A DNA stretch of 63,992 bases, filler included, from an uncultured Methanosarcinales archaeon (GTDB lineage: Archaea; Nanobdellota; Nanobdellia; Woesearchaeales; CAZKBD01): the NCBI GenBank assembly GCA_964550945.1. It is 5 parts of 5 records of this genome, joined end to end, with 100 filler letters (N's around TTAATTAATTAA, not from the genome) between each part and the next. Parts side by side here need not be neighbours in the genome. Positions count along the whole stretch, not along the records: positions 1 to 14,420 come from CAZKBD010000046.1; 4 more parts are not named here. One strand, written 5' to 3'. Under the pieces are notes generated by a model that saw nothing but the letters and a program-made list of their open reading frames with translations, did no database searches and was not told the origin of the DNA. Of this stretch, positions 1-9,840 are shown in pieces (within the stretch, counting starts at the first letter, position 1; each line of letters starts with the position of its first letter). The translations under genes were made by a program, and so were the position numbers.

Positions 1-651
1 GATCTGTTTTACTGATTTATCTAATCCTGTGACAGAGCCAGAGAATTTGTCGAAGTTAGAGAATCTTTTTTGCATCTCTGAAAATATAGTCTCTACACGG
101 TCAGCGTGCCTTTCAACTACTGCAGTCTGCTTTTTTATCTCCATTAACTCTCCTTTCACTTCTTCATTCAATTTGACTACCTGTTCCATCCCCCTAAAAG
201 CCTGTATTTTATTCCTCATCTCTTTTAATTCAGATATGGTGTTGTTGATTACAACTTCGTTGCTTTCTAGACTGGCTCTTAACGCCTCAATTTTACCGTC
301 TGTTTTTCGCAACTCTATCATAAGCTTGTCAGGCTGAACTGTCTGGACCATATCTATTGCTTGCAAAGCTTTTGCTTCCAGCATCTTAGAGTTTTTATCA
401 ACGTCCAGAATCATTGCCCGTAATTCCCCAATCTGCTCATTCAATCTGGTAAACCGCTCTGTAGAGGCTTTTTGCATCTCATAGAATGTGCTAAATTGAG
501 CCTTTAATTTATCCAAATCAGCAACCAGCTGGCCTGAAGAAATATCGCCTGATCTTCTTTCTTCTTTCGGCTGTTCTTTCTCCTCCTCTATTTCCTCGCC
601 TGCTTCTTCAGCCCCAGCATTATCTTCTTTTTTCTTTTTTTTAAACCACAT
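1..651 (-). CDS. Coiled-coil hypothetical protein, runs off the window edge
   Basis: Read by hand, not in the ORF track. ATG at 651 after GGAG; open to position 1 (MWFKKKKKEDNAG...LVADLDKLKAQFSTFYEMQKASTERFTRLNEQIGELR...); heptad-rich. Confidence 0.8.
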   Translation of the reverse strand, partial: MWFKKKKKEDNAGAEEAGEEIEEEKEQPKEERRSGDISSGQLVADLDKLKAQFSTFYEMQKASTERFTRLNEQIGELRAMILDVDKNSKMLEAKALQAIDMVQTVQPDKLMIELRKTDGKIEALRASLESNEVVINNTISELKEMRNKIQAFRGMEQVVKLNEEVKGELMEIKKQTAVVERHADRVETIFSEMQKRFSNFDKFSGSVTGLDKSVKQI

Positions 652-687
652 TTTATATCTCCTAAACCTATTATACTCTTTTTTTTA

Positions 688-1146
688 TTAATCTTTTGTA
701 TTTTGCTTCTGGCTTTTTATTGCAATTATCCTTTTATTTAAATAGCCAGATTTATCTTTTACTTTGGCCTTGAAATCTTCTGATAATTCAAGATAGAGCT
801 TTTCAATTCTTTCGCTTATATTCCCGGCATCCACAACATTTTCATTATCTAAACACATGTTTGCATTGTCAATCAAGCTATCTATTTTTTCTATATACTC
901 CAATTGAAGCTTGTTGCTTGATTCATCAATCTCTTTTTTTACATCATCTATCAACAATTTGGCCTTTTCTGAATCCTTGCTATTTTTTGTAATCTCAGCC
1001 ATCTTTATTTTTGGAGGGATGTTTATCATCTTCAGTTCAGCAATCTTCATGTCAGCCCCTTTTTTTCTTAACTCGCTTATTCTTGCCTTTAGCTCGCTTA
1101 ATGCTTTTTTTAATTCATCTGCTACGTTTTTGTTTTCCATCTTCAA
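688..1146 (-). CDS. Helical hypothetical protein
   Basis: 152-aa ORF 1 nt downstream of the ATPase fusion. ELRKKGAD...ELK and LY.EL...K segments resemble the C-terminal region of that fusion. Confidence 0.75.
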   Translation of the reverse strand: MKMENKNVADELKKALSELKARISELRKKGADMKIAELKMINIPPKIKMAEITKNSKDSEKAKLLIDDVKKEIDESSNKLQLEYIEKIDSLIDNANMCLDNENVVDAGNISERIEKLYLELSEDFKAKVKDKSGYLNKRIIAIKSQKQNTKD

Positions 1147-1147
1147 G

Positions 1148-4100
1148 TTAACCAGCTAGTTTTTTCTGGATTTCAACGCAATCTTTGAATATCTGGGGCT
1201 TGTATTCTTTTGGCAGGCTCTTGTAAATTCCCATGACCTTGACGTACAAGGATTTTGCTTCATCATTTTTGTTCGATTTGAGTAGATTATTAATGTTATT
1301 TACTAATTCTTTTACATCATTAACCTCTTTTGGAGCCTTTTGAGCTTCTTTAGCTTCTTCTTCTGGTGTTTCTGCTGTATCTTCTTTTATATTCTTGATT
1401 TCCTCCTTTTTTTCTTCTTTTGTCTTATCTTTTTCCTCAGCTTTTTTTAATTCTCTCTCTGGTTCTTCTTCATCTGCCAGTTTAGTTTCGCGCTTTTTTG
1501 GCTGTTTGCCTAGCTTATCCCATTGAGTTTTTATCCTTGGCTTTAGGCTATCTAGATATATATTGACCATATTGAAATTTCCTGATCTAACCTTGTCTTT
1601 TGATAGCTTTAATTCCAGCTCTAGGTCAAAAGTGTCTATCCCTTCTTTTTTTAGTTGCTGCAATTGATCTTCCATGTCATCAATAACCTCATTGTACTTG
1701 TTATAATTATCAAGCTCATCATCAGTAATCCTCTGCAAGCTGTGGAGTACTGGCCTGAATGAGATAAAATAGGGCTTGCCTCTATTATAAGCTGCGTTTT
1801 CAACCATACCTGTGCCTATTCCAGCTTTGACTAAAGATTTTAGTATTTCGCCTCCATAGGATTCAGATACTCTTTTAAGATCGCCCTCATCTCTTGTCCT
1901 TAACTGAATTTCTGTGTTTATATTAGCTAAAACTTGCGGCGGGAAATCATTTAGAACCTGGCTGATTAATATTAGGCCGACTCCCCATTTTCTAAACTCT
2001 CTTGTGGCTCTTTCGATTTGTACAAATACTTTGCCGGATCCGCCAAATTTTGGCAGCAAGGTGTGGATTCCGTCATAAACTAGCAAGTATTTAAGCTCAG
2101 GCGATTCAGGCAGATTTGCATGGAAAACTTCCTTTATTGCATTTGCGACAAAGGTTTCTGTGCTCTTTGTGTCCAGCTTATTTATTACAAATACGTTGAT
2201 TTCGCCAGCTTTCATGTACTTGTGGAAATCTATCAATTCACGCCCGTCATTTATCTGCTTTACATTACCATTAAATGATTTAGCTTCGCCTTTTTTTAGC
2301 CCAAATTTCGAATATATATTCAACATATTTTTGTCCTGGCATTTCCTTAGGAAACCTGTCCAGGTAGCGCTTGGGTCAAATACTATAACAGCGACGTTCT
2401 TAGATATAGCTTCTTCAACTAATGTTTGGGCAACTACAGTTTTACCGCTTCCAGAGGCTCCTGCTATTAATGTATGAATCTGGAATTTATCCAGGTCAAA
2501 ATAGGTTTTTGTGGATGTTTCTGCTACTAAGCCAACATAGGCAGATCTTGGCCCTGCTTTAGGCAGCTGGCTTGTATCTACTGTCATTTTGTATCTTTGT
2601 TTCTCTGATTTTCTTTTTTTATAGATCATGAAAATGAAGGTTCCAGTTGCTAAAGCAGCTATCCCAACCAAAATCATCCATAAGGGGATTACACCAAACA
2701 CAGCATACTTATAGAACGGCTCTATAATGCTAAAGACAGCTGTATGAGTAGAAGAAAGATCTAAGTAGCGAGCTTCAAGGCTTAGTATATAGTCGCCTGT
2801 TTGGAAATCCTGGGGTATTTGAAAATTTTTAATTAGGCTGAAAGATGTTTGGACCACTACTTTTTCACTGTCAATAGGAAATTCTTCTCCAGTTTCTTCA
2901 TTTGTCAGCTTATAATTTAAGGAAATCTCATACTCTTCTTCCCTGAGTAGATTTTGGATGTCTACTCTGTATCTAAGCACGTCTCCTGTATAAACTTTAC
3001 TTTCCAATAAGTTTAATTTTATCAAAAGGGCTTCTATGGGCAGTTTATCTTCTCCATACATAACAACATCAATAGGTATCTTCTCATCAATATCCCCGGA
3101 TATAATTATATTGCCTTCGTATACTCCAGGATCAGCATTGCCAAGCAAGGTAACTAAGAATTCATCGCTTGTTCCAGAATCGATAGTCATTGTTGTTTTA
3201 TCTAATTTTACTAGAGATGCAACAGTGCCATCGACTGATAAAAATAAGGTAATTGAATTTGCCCTGTAGTTTGATACCTCTATTGGCACATTTAAGAAAG
3301 AGCCAACACGCATTTTTTTTAGTATTTTTTTGACTGAAATTTCATGATCTGCATATTCAGAAGGCTGGGTTATAATAGCCCTTTGTGTTATGCCTATTCC
3401 TGTGCCAGCCCCTGCCCCTGCACCAGCGCCTGTGCCTGCACCAGCGCCTGTGCCTGCACCAGTACCTGCTGCTGCGGTAACAGACGTATTCATTGTAATA
3501 TTATGGTATGTAATCTGGCTTGTGTTTATTGTGACGTTATATATATAGTTGTTATATCCTGATCTTGTTGCAACCAAATTATGAGTCCCTTCTACTACAG
3601 TTAGATTATACTCTCCTGAAGAGTTGGATGATGTGGATTTTCCAGCTATGCTGATTGCAACTCCACTAAGGACTGAACCGCTCGTGGTTTTTACAACCCC
3701 TTTTAGAGTACCATTACCTGAGGCACCCCCACTGACAAATACAGACATAGAGATATTATGGGCAGTTATATTATTAGCAGATACATTTACTGATGCTATA
3801 TAATTATTATAGCTGCTTTTTGTAGCAACCAAATTATGAGTCCCTTCAATCATTGAGAGATTATAAAATCCATTAGAATTGCTGCCATTAGAAACACCAG
3901 CTACAGTTATTGTGGCATTTGCAATTACTGCTGATGTTGAGCTATCTCTTACATACCCTTCTATAGTGCCATTTTCAAATAGAGCACCAGCACCAATGCC
4001 AGTGGATACCATAGTGAGGTTATGTTGGATTGTGGTTCCTGGAATGATTGTTACATTTCCAGCATAATTTTCATAACCTGCCTTTGTGCCAATAATGAAA

Positions 4101-5470
4101 TTACTTCCGGTTGTGACTGTTATTAAATAAGCGCCACTGCTATTTGTTGTTGCATTTTGGTCAGCTATTGAAACCCTTGCACCTGAAATTACAGAGCCGG
4201 TGCTGTTATCTATTGCAAAACCTTCTATTGTTCCTGTTGTTGGCTCGAGTGATATGTTGTGGGTTGTGGTGCTACTTGAGTTTATAACTGCAAAGTCTAT
4301 ATGTGTTAAATATCCGCTTAAAAGAGCCGCAACTGTAAAGTTTCCTTCTATTACAGTGCCGTTATAGGATCCAGTTGAATTAGTGGCAAGGGTTGTTCCT
4401 CCTACATGGATCATTACATTAGCTAATGTTGAGTAAGTTCTATTGTTAATTACAGTTCCTTGTATAGTTCCATTGCCTAATGTAGTTTCTCCAGCCGATA
4501 CGCCAGTGAAGGGGGTCATTGTGATGTTATGTTGTGTCACTCCATACAGCGTAATATTAACTAATGATGTATAAGCAAGATAGCCAGTTTTAATGGCAAC
4601 AAGATATTGGTAGCCAATAGGAGCTGTAATATTGTAATGACCAGAGCCGTTTGAATAGTTAAGCTGGCCCCCTATGCCAATTGTTGCGTTTGTTATTGTT
4701 TGGTTTGTGCTGTTGTCTGTCACTATTCCTATAACAAAACCATCACCCAACGCTCCAGTTCCATAACCTGCAGGGCATTCATCATTTGGGTCTGTGAAGA
4801 AATAATAAGTAGTTGCGTTTGGAGCAGGAACTATCATCTGATAATTTATTGTTGAGTTGCTGTATCCTCTCTGGATAGTGGCTATGCGCGTAAAAAAGAC
4901 CAAATCCCCGCTGACATTTAATATCCCCAAATTAAAAGCAGTGCTTGTTGGATCATTATATTTTTTTGTGTATGCAAGTGGGATATTACTTACATTAGTA
5001 GCACCTATCAAGACAGAACCGTTTTGCGTGAAAGTGTTTGCGGCAGAATCTGCTGAGGAAGGGCTAAAACTAAAGTAATTATCCACCCATGCAGCTGTCG
5101 CTGGTTGTATTGAAGACCAGTCCAAAGTATCTGGATCAACAGTAGTTGCATAAATCTCGTGGTCTATGCTTGGTTCGAGGCAATTGAAAATAAGATGTTT
5201 TGGTTCCATGCCACCAGGGGAAGCTTGTTCGCTTTGTTGTTCATTGTAACCTTCCTGCATTAAGCCTAGCCCATAGAACCCTTGCCAGTTTGATGTCTGC
5301 CATTCTTGTGTAAGGATGATAGTGGTTATGTAACCAGCCTGAGCAGGAACTGAAACTGCATAGCCAATAAATTTCTTTAATATTATTGCTCCAAATGCTG
5401 CTGCGACTATCAACAGGAGTATTAAGATTACAAATATAACCTTATTATCAAGCAATTGTTTATTTCTCAT
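1148..5470 (-). CDS. Membrane-anchored surface-repeat protein (carboxypeptidase-regulatory-like beta-sandwich repeats) fused to a cytoplasmic HerA/FtsK-like (DUF87) ATPase
   Basis: N-terminal TM; about 5 repeats of G.I.G.V.D..T...I..A.I.I.G...SNS.G.Y...GY..Y; Gly/Ala/Thr linker; second TM (WMILVGIAALATGTFIFMIY); Walker A GASGSGKT, IVFDPS, Walker B LLVYDG, REFRKWGVGLILISQ. Start placed at ATG 5470. Confidence 0.85.
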   Translation of the reverse strand: MRNKQLLDNKVIFVILILLLIVAAAFGAIILKKFIGYAVSVPAQAGYITTIILTQEWQTSNWQGFYGLGLMQEGYNEQQSEQASPGGMEPKHLIFNCLEPSIDHEIYATTVDPDTLDWSSIQPATAAWVDNYFSFSPSSADSAANTFTQNGSVLIGATNVSNIPLAYTKKYNDPTSTAFNLGILNVSGDLVFFTRIATIQRGYSNSTINYQMIVPAPNATTYYFFTDPNDECPAGYGTGALGDGFVIGIVTDNSTNQTITNATIGIGGQLNYSNGSGHYNITAPIGYQYLVAIKTGYLAYTSLVNITLYGVTQHNITMTPFTGVSAGETTLGNGTIQGTVINNRTYSTLANVMIHVGGTTLATNSTGSYNGTVIEGNFTVAALLSGYLTHIDFAVINSSSTTTHNISLEPTTGTIEGFAIDNSTGSVISGARVSIADQNATTNSSGAYLITVTTGSNFIIGTKAGYENYAGNVTIIPGTTIQHNLTMVSTGIGAGALFENGTIEGYVRDSSTSAVIANATITVAGVSNGSNSNGFYNLSMIEGTHNLVATKSSYNNYIASVNVSANNITAHNISMSVFVSGGASGNGTLKGVVKTTSGSVLSGVAISIAGKSTSSNSSGEYNLTVVEGTHNLVATRSGYNNYIYNVTINTSQITYHNITMNTSVTAAAGTGAGTGAGAGTGAGAGAGAGTGIGITQRAIITQPSEYADHEISVKKILKKMRVGSFLNVPIEVSNYRANSITLFLSVDGTVASLVKLDKTTMTIDSGTSDEFLVTLLGNADPGVYEGNIIISGDIDEKIPIDVVMYGEDKLPIEALLIKLNLLESKVYTGDVLRYRVDIQNLLREEEYEISLNYKLTNEETGEEFPIDSEKVVVQTSFSLIKNFQIPQDFQTGDYILSLEARYLDLSSTHTAVFSIIEPFYKYAVFGVIPLWMILVGIAALATGTFIFMIYKKRKSEKQRYKMTVDTSQLPKAGPRSAYVGLVAETSTKTYFDLDKFQIHTLIAGASGSGKTVVAQTLVEEAISKNVAVIVFDPSATWTGFLRKCQDKNMLNIYSKFGLKKGEAKSFNGNVKQINDGRELIDFHKYMKAGEINVFVINKLDTKSTETFVANAIKEVFHANLPESPELKYLLVYDGIHTLLPKFGGSGKVFVQIERATREFRKWGVGLILISQVLNDFPPQVLANINTEIQLRTRDEGDLKRVSESYGGEILKSLVKAGIGTGMVENAAYNRGKPYFISFRPVLHSLQRITDDELDNYNKYNEVIDDMEDQLQQLKKEGIDTFDLELELKLSKDKVRSGNFNMVNIYLDSLKPRIKTQWDKLGKQPKKRETKLADEEEPERELKKAEEKDKTKEEKKEEIKNIKEDTAETPEEEAKEAQKAPKEVNDVKELVNNINNLLKSNKNDEAKSLYVKVMGIYKSLPKEYKPQIFKDCVEIQKKLAG
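3400..3470 (-). repeat. Gly-Ala/Thr low-complexity linker with an 18-bp tandem unit
   Basis: cctgcaccagcgcctgtg repeated; encodes AGTGAGTGAGAGTGAGAGAGAGTG. Confidence 0.8.
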
Positions 5471-5678
5471 TTTCGTTTTTAGCGATTCTAACAATCTCGA
5501 TACCGCCTTGTTTCCCTGGAATAAAAGAAATCACTGAGCCTTTCTTTACATTTAGGATATTGGCCCACATAGCAGGCAAAGTCACTATAAACTGCTTATT
5601 TTTCAACTGCTGTATCTTAATCTGATTCTGGCTTAATCTTCTGCCTTTTTTCTGTTGCTGGTTGATTAGTTTATTCAT
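5460..5678 (-). CDS. AbrB/MazE/SpoVT-like small DNA-binding protein
   Basis: KIQQLKNKQFIVTLPAMWANILNVKKGSVISF fits the swapped-hairpin pattern; overlaps the start of the downstream gene. Confidence 0.7.
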   Translation of the reverse strand: MNKLINQQQKKGRRLSQNQIKIQQLKNKQFIVTLPAMWANILNVKKGSVISFIPGKQGGIEIVRIAKNENEK

Positions 5679-5684
5679 GGTTAT

Positions 5685-5750
5685 GATTAATATTAATCCT
5701 ATATATAGATTTATATATAATTTGAGATTTAGAATATAAATGTTTCGTTT
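5685..5750 (-). promoter_or_regulatory. BRE/TATA promoter and palindromic operator candidate
   Basis: Minus strand AAACGAAACATTTATATT; perfect palindrome GATTAATATTAATC at 5685-5698. Confidence 0.55.
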
Positions 5751-5813
5751 TTTTAATACCAGTATACTAATTGATACACCTCATAATCTAAGAGAATTTG
5801 ACTGAATCAGCTA

Positions 5814-5855
5814 TAATAGCGGACAAATAATATTGAGAATTGTTGTCCGCTCTTA
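5814..5855. repeat. TA-ended inverted repeat (MITE-like hairpin or terminator)
   Basis: taatAGCGGACAA...TTGTCCGCTctta. Confidence 0.4.
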
Positions 5856-5930
5856 ATAATTAAAAGACCTATCTGTAATGCTTAAATTATTGCGTCCTTT
5901 ACTATAACAAAAATAAAAACTCAGTACAGC

Positions 5931-6386
5931 CTACTTTTTCTCCTTCTTCTTTTTTGCCTCTATTATCTTTTCGATTTTCTTAGCTTGTTTTTCAAAACCA
6001 AATTCCTTGCCCATTATCAAAACCTGGTAAGCAGTTGCCACAAAGATTAAGAATGCCACAATCAGAAAGAAATAACCTGGATAGAGCATGTACTCATTGA
6101 CTGTCTCGCGCCAGTTCCATAGTTTTGATATTGTATGCCAGATAGCAAACAAAAGGATAAAGACTAAACAGAACAAAAAGTTAGTAATATGCTTTCTTAG
6201 GCTGGATCCTTTTGATAAGCTTGTTACGGCCATTACAGTCCATATTATGGCTAGAATACCAAAAGATATTGTAACAAAGCCTACAGCTACTTCTGTATCA
6301 ACAACTAACTTAAAAATGGCAGTTAACCCAAACGCTATTGCTAATAATCCAAATAAAATGCTTGTCCTCTTTTTCATGAATATCAC
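5931..6386 (-). CDS. Four-TM membrane protein
   Basis: Four hydrophobic segments and a Lys-rich tail; 6 nt downstream of the RecA-fold gene. Confidence 0.8.
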   Translation of the reverse strand: MIFMKKRTSILFGLLAIAFGLTAIFKLVVDTEVAVGFVTISFGILAIIWTVMAVTSLSKGSSLRKHITNFLFCLVFILLFAIWHTISKLWNWRETVNEYMLYPGYFFLIVAFLIFVATAYQVLIMGKEFGFEKQAKKIEKIIEAKKKKEKK

Positions 6387-6392
6387 CTTTTT

Positions 6393-6959
6393 TTAATTTA
6401 TATCGAAAGTTACATCACAGAATTGGGATAATTCATTAATCAATTCCTTATTCTTTTCTTTTTCTAATGTTACAATAATCCCTTTTACTCTCCAAGACCT
6501 CATCTTTCCAGCCAGGAAATGTATAAATCTTCCAACAGTGCCCACTTGATTAAACATCAGCAGTAGATTTAATGAATCAAAAAACACAAATCTGTCTTTG
6601 GAAGGCAACGATCTAACAGATTGATCCATTGCTACTGAGATATCGCTTAATCTTTCTGGAGAGCCTATGAACAAACAAGAATCTGTCCTTTCTATCTCTC
6701 CCTCACTGGTTTGCGTTACAGCATCAATAAAAATAACCATGTCTGTGTCTATGCCCTTTTTCTCAAAAAGTTTCTGCAATGTTTTAAAAGGCTTTGCCAG
6801 AGTTACATAAACGCCTGGGATTTTTTCTTCTTCTGTTAACTGCTTTATTATCTCAAGGTTGGTATTTTGGTAGTCCTTAGCTTTAACAGTCGCTAATACA
6901 ACATACTCCTTTAGGTCTTTTACCTCTTTTTTGAATTGTTGCCCTATTCTATTTTTCAT
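6393..6959 (-). CDS. Inactivated KaiC/RecA-fold protein
   Basis: GVYVTL, FIDAV, FVFFDSL...RFIHFL, LSQFCD; no Walker A. Confidence 0.65.
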   Translation of the reverse strand: MKNRIGQQFKKEVKDLKEYVVLATVKAKDYQNTNLEIIKQLTEEEKIPGVYVTLAKPFKTLQKLFEKKGIDTDMVIFIDAVTQTSEGEIERTDSCLFIGSPERLSDISVAMDQSVRSLPSKDRFVFFDSLNLLLMFNQVGTVGRFIHFLAGKMRSWRVKGIIVTLEKEKNKELINELSQFCDVTFDIN

Positions 6960-7098
6960 CTAATTTTTTATGGATTAGCAAGATATATAAACTTTTCTAT
7001 TAATCCTATTGACAGGAGGCATATTATTTTATTTATTGCTTGGCATAATCCAAAAATTTTTATATTAGATGTTTTAGTAAGCAATAAGAGGTGCTTTT

Positions 7099-7821
7099 AT
7101 GGCTATGAATCTGATAAAGACTGGAATAAAGGGTTTTGATGCTATTTTGAAAGGCGGTTTAAGGGAGAATTCTTCTGTTTTACTCACAGGCGGCCCTGGA
7201 ACTGGAAAAACTATTTTTGCTTTACAATTTATATGCGAAGGAGCCAAATTAGGGGAGCCTGGCCTGTATATCACTTTTGAAGAAACTGTTGAAAGCTTAA
7301 GAGAATATTCTGAATCTATTGGTTTGGACTTAAAAAAGTTAGAAAACAAGGGGCTTGTGACCTTAGTGCAGCAGCCGATTTCTGATAAAAAGATTATGTC
7401 AATAGCGGCTCCATTGAATGTCATAAAACAAAAAAAGATTAAAAGAGTAGCTTTGGATTCATTGACACTGTTTGAGTATATGCACGTTGCAGGAACTATG
7501 GATTTTAGAAAAGAAGTACTAGATTTTATACTCAGGATGAAAGAAGTAGGAGTTACATTATTGACAACATCCCAAAAGGCGGTGGTCAATTTTGATGCTT
7601 TAGAATACCAGCCTCAGGATTTTCTTTTTGAGGGCGTTGTTGTCTTAACAAAGGTAAGGAAATCGTCGTCTTTTGAGAGGTGCCTTAATGTCATCAAGTT
7701 AAGGGGCCAGGATCATTTGCTTGATGTATTCCCTTTTACTATAAAAAAAGGGGGTATAGAAGTCTACCCAAAAGAACTGCCATTTTCTTTAATTGAAGAA
7801 GATATAGGAAAACAAAAATGA
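7099..7821 (+). CDS. KaiC-like (RAD55 family) single-domain ATPase
   Basis: KTGIKGFD, GGPGTGKT, YITFEE, VALDSL, IKLRG. Confidence 0.9.
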   Translation: MAMNLIKTGIKGFDAILKGGLRENSSVLLTGGPGTGKTIFALQFICEGAKLGEPGLYITFEETVESLREYSESIGLDLKKLENKGLVTLVQQPISDKKIMSIAAPLNVIKQKKIKRVALDSLTLFEYMHVAGTMDFRKEVLDFILRMKEVGVTLLTTSQKAVVNFDALEYQPQDFLFEGVVVLTKVRKSSSFERCLNVIKLRGQDHLLDVFPFTIKKGGIEVYPKELPFSLIEEDIGKQK

Positions 7822-8582
7822 CTAAAAAGACCCAAAAATCCGATAAGATTAGAACAGATAAAGCTGATAGGATAGTTAAAACTAAAGATCCAATTAGGGT
7901 TGAGACCGGAATACCTGATCTGGATCCTTTGATTCAAGGCGGCATAATAAGGAATAGCGTCAATCTTGTAGCTGGCGGAGCAGGCACAGGAAAGACTATC
8001 TTTGCGATGCAATTTCTTATTCATGGAATAAAAAAATATAATGAGGCAGGAATATACATCACATTTGAAGAAAAAAAGAAAAAAGTCTATCAGGATATGC
8101 TGGAGTTTGGCTGGGATTTGGAAAAATATGAAAAAGAAGGCAAATTCATCTTTTTGGAATACACTCCGGAGCAGGTTAAAAATATACTAACTGAAGGCGG
8201 AGGCATAGTTGAAAATATAATTGAAAATATTGATGCGAAAAGGCTTGTAATTGACAGCATAACCTCTTTTGCTTTGCTTTATGAAGACGACTTAACAAAA
8301 AAAGAAGCAAGCTTAGCTTTGTTTGAATTAATAGACAAATGGAATTGCACTGGGCTGCTTACTTCGCAAGACGAATCTAAAGATGGCCATACAATAACTG
8401 CTGCAATGGAATTTGAAGTAGATGGCATTATCATCCTTTACCATGTAAAAAAGAAAGCAGTAAGAGAAAGAGCCCTTGAGATATTGAAGATGAGGGGGAC
8501 AAAGATTCCTGAGAAAACGGTTGCTATGGATATCGGCCCAACAGGCATAAAGATAAATCCTGACAAACTTGTTGAGTTCTAG
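7818..8582 (+). CDS. KaiC-like (RAD55 family) single-domain ATPase
   Basis: ETGIPDLD, GGAGTGKT, YITFEE, LVIDSI, LKMRG; 4-nt ATGA overlap with the previous gene. Confidence 0.9.
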   Translation: MTKKTQKSDKIRTDKADRIVKTKDPIRVETGIPDLDPLIQGGIIRNSVNLVAGGAGTGKTIFAMQFLIHGIKKYNEAGIYITFEEKKKKVYQDMLEFGWDLEKYEKEGKFIFLEYTPEQVKNILTEGGGIVENIIENIDAKRLVIDSITSFALLYEDDLTKKEASLALFELIDKWNCTGLLTSQDESKDGHTITAAMEFEVDGIIILYHVKKKAVRERALEILKMRGTKIPEKTVAMDIGPTGIKINPDKLVEF

Positions 8583-9770
8583 TTATCTTGTTCTTAATAC
8601 TATCCCGCTCTTTTTATCATAGTCAAATCTGAGGTATTTCTGATTGATCACAGGACAACCTTCCATCTTTTTTATTAATAGGTATCTAGATATCTTTGCC
8701 TTTTCTTCTTTAATAGCAATTTCAATTACACCATCCATTAATTGCTCTAAAGCAGTCACTTCCTTCTGATCATGCATATCCTTTTCAAGAGAGTACATCG
8801 CAGTTATTTTTTTGCTCCTAACATATTCAGTCAAATCGAATATAAACCGGTAGATAGTAGCGATTTTCCAGAACATCAAAGCCTGCGATATGATGTTAGT
8901 TACGCATCTTACCTTTCCTTTGCTTTCTTCAACTATGCTATTGATTGTTTTAGTAATGGAATAAAGATCTTCAAATTTACAAAGAAGCGAGTCCTTGTTT
9001 TGTGTGCATACTTTGCTTACAACATCTATCAGGATTATCTGCTTCTTTTTTATATACCCGTCTAGATCCACCCCTATAGCATCGAAATCCCTCTTTAGGC
9101 TGTCTATTGTCTGGTTAGAATAGATGTAGATGCATAGATCGCCTTCCTTTAGCCCTTTGGCCAGGAATGAGTTAGTTATGAACTTTTTTTCAAAACTTGT
9201 TGGGCCTTCTATTAAAAAGTTACCGCCTATCTGAAATCCGCCTGCTGTCAACTCATTGATTGCAGGAATGCCTGTATCTATTTTTTTGTATAAGTCCCTG
9301 ACTTCTTTTATCTTTTTTGACAGTTCTTCCTGTTTTTTTGTGTAATCCTTTATAGTAATCCTCCCTTTAGATAACTTTGCGCTTAATTCTTCCTCCAGAT
9401 TAAATACAGCATTAACAACGTCGGTTTCAGTAATAAGGCCGACTAATTGTTTGTTTTCTACAACAGGGAACCTCCTGCAATGCTTTCGTTTCATCAATTT
9501 TACAACCTCAAAGAAATTTTGTTTTGTTGTGATGGAGGGGATATCAGCACTCATTATTTCGCTGATTTTTATCTTTTCAGGGTTCTTTTCTGGCACAATA
9601 ATCTCTCTCACAAGGTCTCTCTCAGTAATTATTCCTACTGGTGCATTGTTCTTGACAACAATTAGACAGCTAGCTGGCTTTCCAGCCATTTTTCTGGCAG
9701 CATCAATGGCTTTTGAATTTATATCAATGGTCATTACTTTCTTTGACATGACATCTTTGATCTTAATCAA
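8583..9770 (-). CDS. CBS-pair domain fused to a degenerate KaiC-like domain
   Basis: VGIITERD and VGLITETD CBS motifs; IDTGIPAINELTAGGF, broken P-loop GPTSFEKK, MDGVIE, IKKMEG. TTG start at 9770 follows GAGGTG. Confidence 0.8.
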   Translation of the reverse strand: MIKIKDVMSKKVMTIDINSKAIDAARKMAGKPASCLIVVKNNAPVGIITERDLVREIIVPEKNPEKIKISEIMSADIPSITTKQNFFEVVKLMKRKHCRRFPVVENKQLVGLITETDVVNAVFNLEEELSAKLSKGRITIKDYTKKQEELSKKIKEVRDLYKKIDTGIPAINELTAGGFQIGGNFLIEGPTSFEKKFITNSFLAKGLKEGDLCIYIYSNQTIDSLKRDFDAIGVDLDGYIKKKQIILIDVVSKVCTQNKDSLLCKFEDLYSITKTINSIVEESKGKVRCVTNIISQALMFWKIATIYRFIFDLTEYVRSKKITAMYSLEKDMHDQKEVTALEQLMDGVIEIAIKEEKAKISRYLLIKKMEGCPVINQKYLRFDYDKKSGIVLRTR

Positions 9771-9840
9771 TAGGAACACCTCAATTACTAAATAAAAATA
9801 GAGAATAAGCAACTATTTAAGTTTTTCGGATAAACATAAT

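Noticed and set aside
7099..8582. Circadian clock KaiC
   Set aside because: Single-domain proteins without the Ser/Thr phosphosites, and no kaiA or kaiB.
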